From the NCBI RefSeq assembly GCF_009914755.1, contig NC_060929.1: 64,000 bases of DNA; one strand, 5' to 3'. The notes under the pieces were generated by a model, which was given only the letters and a program-made list of their open reading frames with translations, was not told the DNA's origin and did no database searches. Source of the DNA: the human T2T-CHM13v2.0 reference genome, Homo sapiens. The translations under genes were made by a program, and so were the position numbers. This document shows, piece after piece, positions 52,203 through 64,000 of the stretch (within the stretch, counting starts at the first letter, position 1; every line of letters starts with the position of its first letter).

Positions 52203-53679
52203 AATAATGATTTTCTACTCCTGTTTGTCATAGCAACAATGTCAATGTGGGTTTCAAGAGTGTATTACATGAATTTAAAATAAGGAAAAACTGTATACCA
52301 CAATATTCTTCCTCACTGGACTATAAGAAGACTTAGACATTAGGATGGTGTCTTTATATATTTTGATTTCCCTCATAGCTCTATTTCCATACTTTGTATC
52401 TGGGTTTCGCCATTCAAATATTGCTCAAATAAATAAAATGAATGACTTGGATTTGAATTTACCATTTTACCTATCAATTAAAGCACACGGTGGTAACTGT
52501 ATTCCCTTCCATGAAATTTTGAATGTCACAAACTTAAAGTGCATGAAGATAGACATTTAAGACTCTATCTAGTCTTGGAGCTGACTGTATAACCAAAATG
52601 GAATAGTATGGTTGCAGTTGGGGAAATGCCATTTATCACATTAGTCTAGAATTCCTTCTGTTCTGAAACAAATACCCAGGCATTATTTTTAGCTTATATA
52701 TAACTTGCAAAGAGCTGTACTTGGATACCTACCAAATAAAAAATGTTAAGTATAACCATAGAGACATTCTTTCTTATTCTGAAGAATAAAGGCATATCAT
52801 CAAGGTTAAATAGAATTATGTGGTTTTAAGTAATTATGATTTAATTAGTAGAAACCAGATTTTTAGAACTAGAGGATTTTATTTCTTGGTCCTTTAAAAA
52901 ATGCTGAAAAAAAGGTATTCCAAATGCTAATCAGTCTTTGTAATGGTTGGTGTAAAATCTGGTGACATAAAAGTGACCTTTGTTCCAGTCCCACCCCCAT
53001 CCTAATGCACCTGGGCACCTGGAACAAAACACTCAGCTTGTGGTTCTGAGTTTCTTATTGTGAGAAGTAGGAGCCAGATTCTCTAACTTTCTATGGATTG
53101 CATTCGATGACTTTTTTGTTCTTATCCAGTTATCATGCTTATTAGCATGATATCATTTTCAACCAGTTAAATTCATTAACAAATGAAGTAAGCATGTACA
53201 CTTAGCTGGATGAGAAAATGCTCATGATCCACAGCAGTGAGGCTCTTCTATGAGCATTGTTTCATCATCCCCCTTTTAGAATCACCCTCTGCTTCCACCT
53301 CCTACAGTATGAATGGGTCATTTAATGCTACCAAATTATTTTCCACTCTCCAAGGATCTGCTTTCTAGCTACCTTCTGTTATCTTTTGAAAATTTTCCAT
53401 GGAAGTTACCTTCTGTTTGCCACATCATTTTTTCTCCCTAAGTCACCATTCTCTTCTAGATTTCCATGGCATTTGACGCTGTTACACATACAATCCACTG
53501 TATGCTTTCCAATACTTCATTATGTTGCGGTTTATCTACCTCTTTCTACTGTTTTAGCAATAAAACAGTCCATAATACCTTTCGTTTTTTAAATGAGACA
53601 CAATAACCTGAAACTCTTACACAAGTGAATATTTTCCATGATGCTTAAAATGTGTACACCTCCCAATTTTATTTACCCG

Positions 53680-53920
53680 GCAAAATTTACTGAGCACTTA
53701 TTCTGAGCTTGCCACTGTACAAGAGATTCTAGACAGAATGATGAGAAAATAGGCACCATCCCTGCCTTTTATGTGGCTTCCAGTCTAGTGGGAAAGACAA
53801 CAACTGATAAAGTAGGCATATGATAGGTGTTTACTGATAGGTCCTTCTAAGGGAAGAGTCTCAGTTCTATGCCAGCCATCTGAAAGAGCCTGACCTAGCT
53901 GTGGGGGGGGGTTCCATTTT
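53680..53920 (-). mobile_element. L2 3' fragment
   Basis: atttactgagcacttattctg...catccctgcctttt...ttccagtctagtgggaaagaca. Confidence 0.7.
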
Positions 53921-54214
53921 AGGTTGAGCAGCAGGATGTGAAAAGGAACTGTGGCAGGAAATATTTAATAACATGGTGTGTTTTAAGAATTGAAAAAAAT
54001 GTATTTATATATAAAAGAAAAAACCAATAAGTTATGTGTGTATTAAAAATATGATGCTCTGAGTAATTTACTATGTAGCTGAGGTTACCGTGGGATCTGA
54101 CATCCACCCATCTGTCTGTTGAGAAGACACTTTATACAGATCTCTAAAAATACCCTTGTTGAGGCATTTTCTCATCAAAATAGACATTGTCTCTCTCATA
54201 TCCCATTAGTTGTG

Positions 54215-54303
54215 TTGGAAAGAAACATATTGAAAGGACATATCCTAATATGGACCATTAGTAAATATATTTGTAATGTTATTTTACTCTTAGCTATCCA
54301 AGT
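54215..54303 (+). repeat. 89-bp dispersed duplication, copy 2
   Basis: Ungapped match to 52114-52202. Confidence 0.92.
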
Positions 54304-54386
54304 TCTTACGAATATAGACCATTAGAGTAATGAGTTACCAATGGTAGAGCCTTTGGCCTTGCAATTCCACAAATTTCAAATATTTT

Positions 54387-54407
54387 TATCTATCTATCTA
54401 TCATCTA

Positions 54408-54455
<48 letters not shown>

Positions 54456-54575
54456 ATCTCAATCAATCATCTATTTATCATATATCATATCTATCTATCA
54501 TCTCAATCAATCACCCATCTATCTATTTATCATATATCATATCTGTCTATCTATCTTCTATCTATCTATCTATCT
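54387..54575. repeat. Complex (TATC)n tetranucleotide STR
   Basis: (TATC)4, then pure (TATC)12 at 54408-54455, then degenerate TATC/AATC units. Confidence 0.97.
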
Positions 54576-55484
54576 GGATATAGTTAGTGTGCTCAATGTG
54601 TGTGTGTGTTTAGGAGATTGGAAATTCTAGCATAAACAAGTAGATACATGAACTGATGGACATATGAATTAGGTATGGCTAATATCCCTAGAGCTACTAA
54701 TAATGTTTAAGCATAGAAGTAGTTCTTCCTCATCAGCTGTGGAAGGCCGTTTTGAACGGGCACTCTGAGGACACAGGAGGAGATGTGGTTGTCTGGGGGA
54801 AGAGGCAATGAAAAGAACACTTTTCTTCCTAGAAAGGGCTTCTGAGGAGCACTTTCTCTGAGGAGCACTTTTTCTTTTTCTCTTCCTGAGTCAGAGAGGA
54901 CTTGGCTCTCAATAATACTCATTGTGGGATGACTCTTCAGAGGGATGCAAGATGCATTGCTTCCTTCAGAGACAACAGTTATGCCATCCATGACCTCTGT
55001 TCCTTACAGAACTCCCAGGTAGGAGCTACAACATATACTGTGATTCTGAATATAAATCTCTGTCATATTGGCCAGGGTTTCTCATCAGTAAATTGTTAGT
55101 AAAATTTTCCTTCTGCATGAAAATTTGAAACTCACCTATTTAGAAATAAAATTTATCTCAAAAAGAAAAATGTATCTTGGGAGTCTTGTACTTTACAAAT
55201 ATAGTCAACATTATTAGTTCTGACCCACTAAATCAATCCATCAGTATTCAGGCAAAACTCTGAAAAATGTAACCATGATTTTCACAAAGTAAATAAAAAT
55301 TACAATGGTGTTATAAGTAATGATCTGCTCTCTACAACCTACTGTAAACTTTTCTTTCAAAATGATCTTTCTAAACAATGTCCCCAGATGACAAAGTATG
55401 CAATAGAGTTTTTCTTACGCCAGTTTTAATTTCTGTGTATATTCCCAATTAATTATATATCCTAATATTTATGCGGCCCTCTGT

Positions 55485-55830
55485 CACTTGCAAAGTGCTT
55501 TCACACTTTTACGTTTATTATTATCTCATCTCAAATTAACATCACTCTTTGGTAAAAACAAGTGGGTATTATAATTCCAATTTGAGTGGTGAAGAAGAGA
55601 TTCAAAGAAGTTAATTATTTGCCCAACATCAAATAAAAAGTGATTTGCAGAGCTAATAAGAGTCGTAAGTATTTACTAGTCAACAAACACATCCTGGTCC
55701 TTATGACAGGTGTGTCATATACATTCCCCTATAATGCTTGCCTCAGCCTTCGAAGGAAGATAATATTACCTCCAATTAACTATGATCACCAAGTTAACCC
55801 AGGTGAGTAAGTAGCGGAATCTAAAATTAC
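55485..55830 (-). mobile_element. MIR fragments (two adjacent)
   Basis: ttgcaaagtgcttttcaca...attataattccaattt...gaagttaattatttgcccaacatca. A second, weaker copy starts at about 55665. Confidence 0.55.
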
Positions 55831-58235
55831 AGTGGTGTTACAAATTAAACTAGACTAAACTAAGAGCATTTCACTGTGTGTTATAATATAGTTTTCTCTC
55901 ATTCAGATTAGCTTTGCTTTTTTCATCTAATAATTTATATCGAGACATTTGTTATCATAGAAAAATTTGGGTACATATTTTTCAAGTCAAAGAATGACAT
56001 ATAAAATAATTTATAGTGGAGACAGTATCTTTTTAAAAAGTAATTCTTTTGAATGGTAATTTTCTATCGGATTACCAAGTTCTTCTCCCTGAAGAGAGCT
56101 TTAATAGGAGAGTCGGCATATGGCAATGTTGACTTAGGTGTTGCAACATGAAATAACTGGAAATGTTTAACTCATGTTCATACTTATTTAATTCTTTTAG
56201 ACATTCCTCTTAGTGAATATTTAGATAATGGAGTAGAGAAGAAATCCTATGGAAACTTTATCATCATCATCAAATATTTATTTCTAAGCACCTCACAAAA
56301 TAAAGAAGATATAACTTCTTCCTAAACCTATAAATCCGAAAAAGGGGATCTAAAGACTACACATCCAGAACGAAGTATTTTTCAAATAATTAATTAAATT
56401 TATGCTTACAAATAAAAAATCAAATAGGTTTAAAGGAATAATTAAAATTAAGAAATATTGGGGAAATATTTGAAGGTAAACTTTCTATCTAAGAGGATAT
56501 GGGTCAAACTGATGTAATTGACAAATTACCATAGTAATTTTTAGGAGCTGGTTTGATAAGTTTATAGAGTAGAAACAAATGAAGCTATCTATGGTAGAAA
56601 AGAGTAGATGTTGTCTTCCTCAAAAAATTACATATTACACATATTACAGTGCCTGCTTTTTTAAAGTAAAGTGCTCAGATGTTGGGGAAAAAAAACCCAT
56701 TTTTGCTATTGTTTCAGTATCTCTGAAAAGAGATTACTTCAATTTTTGGTGCTAGGATATTGATATTATCATAAGATATAGCACAGTGAACTAAAACTGG
56801 CTCATGAATTTGGGATTTTTAATTAAAAGAATGAATCAATCACCGTGGAGATTCAACCAGAGTAAAAGCTTCAAGGAATGGAATTTACATCATCTTAAAT
56901 TAGGTTATTTTTCAGAGCATTACTCTTTAGGGACGTTACCTACCTTAATTCTAGTAAGCAAGAAGACAATTAAAGGTAATTTATATGTTTTTCTAATATT
57001 ACTTTTGAATATTAATCCTGAAGAATTATCTAGTCTCTGACTCTCATGTACATTGCTATTTGACTCATTACTTGAAAACACTTGTATAACTCATATTAAA
57101 CAATATTAGTGTTATCAATGCGGCCACAGCTCTGTAGTTATTGCTTGGCTGTGAGGACATTTTACTTCTCCATATTTCTATTGCCACTTAGTTCCGTTGA
57201 ATTTGATTGTCTATTTTAAGGAACAAAAATCAACTTACATTAGGTACAGGAGTTAATGGGGTCATTCATTCACAAACTCTCAAAGAACCAAGTAATAAGT
57301 TGGTTTCCATATGTAGCACTGCCCTCTACTGGGCAAAGAAAAGTCTGATGTTATTAATGGTTTTCTAATTTCAGTACTTAAAGGCAGCTTAGTAGAAAAT
57401 ACTGATAGAGATATTCGAATTGAACTACCCTGATAGTTTTTTAAGGTGAAGAGCCTGATTATTATTATAGAATATGAGAATCTTAACATTTTGTAAAGAC
57501 ATTTTACTTCCTTTTCCTCTTGTTTTGATTAAACATGATCTTTGATTTGACCTTAGATTCTTTCGAAGCTTCAACATATGAAAAATATGGTATATTGTAC
57601 TATAAACTAGTAATGTAATAATGAAATTAAAGTCAATTTGGCATTAATTCAAGGGTTTTTTATTTGAATTTGCTCTTGGTAGACATAAACAAGTATCTTT
57701 ATTTTTAAAATTGTTTATAATTTATTTTGTTTATAACTTTATATTGATAATCAGTTTATATTTGGATGATAATATTTGGATGTTTGCTTTAAGGTATACC
57801 TTATGTAGGATATCAACAAGAGACTGTGAAGTGTTATCTTTTCTCATTTTCTCCTTACTCTGTTACAACGTAGGGCAGGGGTTTTAGGAAATCACACCAT
57901 AACCAGACTCTGTTAATTACCGTAAAAGACAAAAGTTCAATACAAGTTTTTAGTGTGCTCATAAACATAAAATCTAAGTAATGTTGAATAACATTGGAAA
58001 ACATGATTAGTTACATCAGCAAATGTAAACAGTTTGGATCAAACTGGGTAATACAATCAGCATTAGATGTCAGAACTCACGGAGATGGCAAAAACACACA
58101 CACAATATTTTTCCGCATTGTTTCCATGATTTGAAATCTAATGAAGCTCACATCTTTTAAAATTTTGCATGTCATATTAATATTTGTCTCAGCCAAACTT
58201 TTACAAGATACAGAATGACAGAAGACTCGATATTA

Positions 58236-58695
<460 letters not shown>

Positions 58696-60398
58696 TCAGA
58701 TGGCAGGGCCAACATTCTTCTCTGAAAATACTTTTTGTTGACTCTTTTTGACTAAAATATTACTCTAACCTGAAAGTGGAAGGTAATAGACACCTTTCAG
58801 TGAGGATTTTTTTCAGAAAGATTTACCAACAATTTTTTGCATAATGATGATCCAAAAGCCATATTTTTCAGTAGAACTATATTTATAAGAATTCTAAAGA
58901 GAATGAAATATTAATGGTGTCTATTTCTTTTAAAAGTGATATGGCTGGTAGGGATGCAGTAAATGCCTTGAAGTTGTACCGCCCAAAATGCCTTAAATCC
59001 TATTACTGAGCATTCTTGGGGCTATTGTGAACACTTACCTGACTTTCAATGCACATTCTAAGAATAAAAGCATCCATCATGACATTACCCCATCCAATAT
59101 CCTTGATGGTTTTCTGTCATATATTGGTTAAAATCTAAAATCCCCCTTATTGGCATGAGACCCTGCAGATCTTACCTCTCTTTTCTCCTAAGCTTGATAT
59201 CCACTATGCATGGCAGGTGTACCTACACAGTCACTCACATCCAGTGAACAAACCATATCAAACTCTTCTATTTCTCTAAAACAGAAATTCTTCATAGTAC
59301 ACAGAGAAGACATGAAAAGAATCTCATTGATCTACAATATAATGAATAGAAGATACTTAAAATGTTGTCTTCACAATCACTAACTTAAATTTAGTGGTTC
59401 TTTCCTTTATGAATGTAAGCAGACAACCATCATAAGAAGTACTTGATTCGCACAGATCACACAACCAAAAAAAAAGAAGTCCTTGCGACTTTCTCACCAA
59501 TAGAAATTATCTCTATTTTTATAATATTTTGTACTTGTTGCAGATACTCAAATTGTCATTAACTGATGATTACTTTAAAATTATAGTAGGTATAAGAGCT
59601 AACATTAGAGCTATCCTAATAATCAGTAATTAAGCATAAATTTCATTACACATTTTGTAATGATTAGATAATTGTGCTTATAACTTTTTTGTCATCATAT
59701 TTTTAACGTTATGGCTTATTTAGTCAATTTATAATTAATGTAATTATCAATATATACATTTTATTCTTCTATTTGCTTTCTATTTAATTTTTTAAAAATC
59801 ATTTTTCTAATTTCTTGCCTTCTTTGTATTAATCAAACATATTTTTGTCATTTTCCCTACAATTATGTCAATTAAACATGATTTTAGTATTCTTTTAATA
59901 GTTACCTTGGAGATTACAATTTATGTCATTGACTTACACAGTCTATGACAAATTATTTCTTTACATGTGAAAAAACTCTAAGGAACTAAATATCACATTG
60001 ATAATAACATCTCAAAAAATAAATACAGAACAAATCCAAGTAAGTTTTGAACGGCCTGTGTCTTCAGTCATATATACCTTCAATGGAATACAAACTAAAG
60101 ATAAAAAGAAACAAACAGAAAATGTGGACTTTATTTAGGGAATTTTTGTTGTTCGTGTCATGAAAGTTCTAATTCTAAAATGACTTGATGTGTACAGTAG
60201 AATTAAGCAAATGAATAACTGTGTAAATATTTGGGAACCAGAGTTTTTTTCTGTGAGAGAAGAGCTTATGTATATGGACTGAGGAAAAGAGAGGGAGATC
60301 CTGGTGATGAATTGCACCAAAGTTTTGTTTTTGTTGTTTAACCATAATTTTCTAATTGTTAGGGTGAAGTGACAGTCATCCTAGATTTGTTCATCCTA

Positions 60399-62730
60399 TG
60401 TATTAGTTTGTTTTCACACTGCTATGAAGAACTATCTAAGACTGGGTAATTTATAAACTAAAGAGGTTTAATGACTCACAATTCCACATGGCCGGGGAGG
60501 CCTCAGGATACTTATAATCATGGCAGAAAGCAAAGGGTAAGCAAGGCATATCTTACATGCTGGTGAGCGGTGGGGGGAAGTGTCACACTTCTAAACCATC
60601 AGCTCTACTGAGAACTCACTCACTACATGAGAACAGCATGGGGGAAACTGGCCCCATGATCCAATCACCTCCCACCAGGTCCCTCCCTTGACACATGGAG
60701 ATTACAATTTGAGATGAGATTTGGGTGGGGACACAGAGCCAAACTCTATAATTCTGTCCCTGGCCCCTCCCAAATCTCATTTTTTTTTCACATTTCAAAA
60801 CTAATCATGCTTTCCCAGCAGTCTCCCAAAGTCTCAACTCATTCTAGCATTAACTCAAAAGGTCAAGTCCAAAGTCTTATCTGAGACAAGGCAAGTCCCT
60901 TCTGCCTATAAACCTGTGAAACAAAAAGCAAATTAGTTACTTCCAAGATTAAATGTGGGTACAGGCGTTAGGTAAATACTTCCATTCCAAATGGGAGAAA
61001 TTGGCTGAAACAAAGGGGCCACAAGGCTTCATGCAAGCCCCAAACCTGACAGGGTAGTCATTTAATCTTAAAGCTCTAAAGTAACATCTTTTGACTCCAT
61101 GTTTCACAACCAGGGCAAGAGATGGGTTTGAATGGCCTTAGGCAACATCACTGCTGTGGCTCTGCAGAGTACAGCTCCTGCAACGTCTTTTGGGGGCTGG
61201 CATTGAGTGCCTGAGGCTTTTCCAGGCACAAGGTCCAAGGTGTCAGTGGTTTTACCCATTCTGGGGTCTGGAGGATGGTGGCCCTCTTCTCACAGCTCCA
61301 CTAGGCAGTGCCCCAGTGGAGACTTTTTGTGGGGGCTCCAACCCCACATTCCCCCTTTGCATTAAGGTTCTCCATGAGGGCTCCACTCCTGCAACAGACT
61401 TCTGCCTAGACATCCAGGCATTTTCATACATCCTCTGAAATACAGGCTGAGACTTCCAAAGCCCAACTCTTGTGTTCTGTGTACAGGCTCAACATCACAT
61501 GGAAGCCATGAGTGCTTGGGGCTTGTACCCTCTGAAGCAATGGCCCAAGCTGTACCTTGGCCGCTTTTACCCGTGGCTGGAGCTGGAGCAGCTAGGAAAC
61601 AGGGCACCATATTCCAAGGCTGCACAGAGCAGCAGGGCCCTGGGCCTAGCTCATGAAACCATTTTTCCCTTCTAGGTCTCTGGGCCTGTGATTGGAGGGG
61701 TTGCCATGAAGATGCCAGAAATGCCCTGGAGACATTTTCCCCATTATCTTGGCTATCAACATACATCTCCTCATTACTTATGCAAATTTCTGCAGCTGAT
61801 AGTTTGAATTTCTCTTCAGAAAATGGGATTTTCTTTACTACTGCATGGTCAGGCTGCAAATTTTCCAAACTTTTTTATTATGCTTCCCTTTTAAACATAA
61901 GTTCCAATTTCAGATTATCTCTTTGTGAATGAATATGGCTGTACACTTTTAGAAAGAGCCAGGTCATCTATTGAATGCTTTGCTGCTTAGAAAGCTCTTC
62001 TGCCAGATACCCTAAATCATAACTCTCAAGTACAAAGTTCCACAGATCTCTAGGCAGGGGCAAAATGCCTTCAGTTTCTTTGCTAAAGCATGGCAAGAGT
62101 GACCTTTGCTCCAGTTCCCAAGAAGTTCCTCATCTCCATCTGATACTATCTCAGCCTGGAGTTCATTGTCCATATCACTATTAGCATTTTGGTCAAAATC
62201 ATTCAACAAGTCTCTAGGAAGTTCCAAACTTTCCCACATCTTCCTATATTTTTCTGAACCCTGCAAATGATTTCAACCTCTGCCCATTGCCCAGTTCCAA
62301 AGTCACTTCCACATTTTTAGGTTATCTTATAGCCGTGGCCTACTCTGCTGGTACCAATTTTCTATATTAGTCCATTTTCACCCTGCTATAAAAAACTACC
62401 TGAGACTGAGTAACTGACAAACAAAAGAGGTTTAATTGACTCACAGTTCTTTATGGCTGGGGAGACCCCAGGACACTTATAATCATGGCAGAAGGTGAAG
62501 GGGAAGCAAGGTACATCTTACATGTCCATAGGAGAGAGAGAGAGAAAGAGAGAGGGGGAGTACCACACATTTAAACTATCAGATCTCATGAGAACTCACT
62601 GACTATCATGAGAACAGCATGGGGGAAACCAACCCCTAAATCCAATCACCTCCCACCAAGTGCCTCCCTTGACATGTGGGATTACAATTTGTGATGATAT
62701 TTGGGTATGACACAGAGCCAAGCCATATCA
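60399..62730 (-). mobile_element. Full-length THE1D/MSTA-type MaLR provirus (LTR-int-LTR)
   Basis: LTRs at 60399-60751 and 62363-62730 flank about 1.6 kb of internal sequence homologous to 41151-42725. TSD tccta/ttcta. Confidence 0.95.
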
Positions 62731-63194
62731 TTCTAGGCAGAAGAAGTTTCTCAAAAAGATGATGTTGAAAACCTTGTTGTCAACCTTGAATGAAAGAAAG
62801 TCCTAATGGGGCAGAAATGAAAAGGGAAGCTGCACACCAAGTGGGAGCTGCACCATGGCCATCATAAGGATTTTGTATCTAGGTAAAGCTCCTAGAGCTG
62901 CTGGCTGCGAAGTTATTATTCAAGAAGTACATGACAGAAAATCCTTGGTTGTGCACAAGGGAGGGAGCTTAAAATAAGATCCTTGCCTAATGGTGGGTGC
63001 GTCAAAGTGCTGTCCTGCTCCATAGATAAGAAGACAAGAGGAACTACATACTGACACTGGAAAGTGGTTGGGATGGCTGCCACCAAAAAAATTCTTGGAT
63101 GAATGGATGGAAAAGCCAACTTCCAGAACTACAAAACTCTAGGTGTGAGTTGCTGTGCATAAAATTAACATAAAATAAGTGAAAAGACCAGTGA

Positions 63195-63577
<383 letters not shown>

Positions 63578-63590
63578 AAATAAACATATC

Positions 63591-63995
63591 TTATATAGTT
63601 TGTATATGTTGGTCAAACCTCATGTTCATATATAATCCCCAATATTGGAAGTGGGGCCCGGAGGGAGGTGATTTGAACATGGTGGTGGATTTCTCATGAA
63701 TGGTTTAGCACCATCCACCTTGGTTCTCTCCTTACAATAGTGAGTGACTTCTCATGAGATCTGGCTCTTTAAAAGTGTGGCACTCCCACTCTCCTGCTCC
63801 TGCTTTCACCATGTGAAATTTCTGCTCCTGTTTCACTTTCCAGCATGAGTGAAAGCTTCCTGAGGCTTTCTCAGAAGCAGATGCTGCTATGCTTCCTGTG
63901 CAGCCTGCAGAACCATGAGCCAATTAAACTTCTTTTCATATAAATTACCCAGTTTCAGATATTTCTTTATAGAAATGCAAGAATGGCCTGACACA
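63591..63995 (+). mobile_element. MSTA/MSTB LTR (internal region probably continues past the window)
   Basis: taatccccaatattggaagtggggcc...ttctcatgaatggtttagcaccatcc...cagcctgcagaaccatgagccaattaaac...gcaagaatggcctgacaca, followed by gaaaa (start of MaLR-int). Confidence 0.9.
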
Positions 63996-64000
63996 GAAAA

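Noticed and set aside
54341-54583. 80-aa ORF with repeated LSIY
   Set aside because: It is the translation of the (TATC)n STR.

Overview
This is human genomic DNA. A human-specific AluYb8-lineage insertion at 5715-5848 fixes the species. The window is AT-rich and CpG-poor, and I found no recognisable protein-coding exon, RNA gene, CpG island or CRISPR array, so it is intergenic or deep intronic. It is dominated by interspersed repeats: about 14 Alu copies or fragments, L1 fragments (L1PA7, L1PA13-like, a twin-primed L1PA15/16-like element, L1MA/MB/MC/ME), two full-length THE1-family MaLR proviruses, solo LTRs (THE1C, LTR18, MLT1, MER68/77-like, MST), hAT DNA transposon fossils (MER20, Zaphod3-like, Charlie1b/4a-like, MER5A), L2/MIR remnants and microsatellites. 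Most supplied ORFs fall in these repeats and the rest look like chance ORFs. I found no new biological system. The best leads are insertion architectures: a head-to-head AluY pair inside one target-site duplication (TSD), a very young truncated AluYb8, a nested twin-primed L1, an intact solo LTR18 with an AP-1 site, and several local templated duplications. Subfamily names come from my recall of consensus sequences, not from a RepeatMasker run. Boundaries of old elements are approximate.
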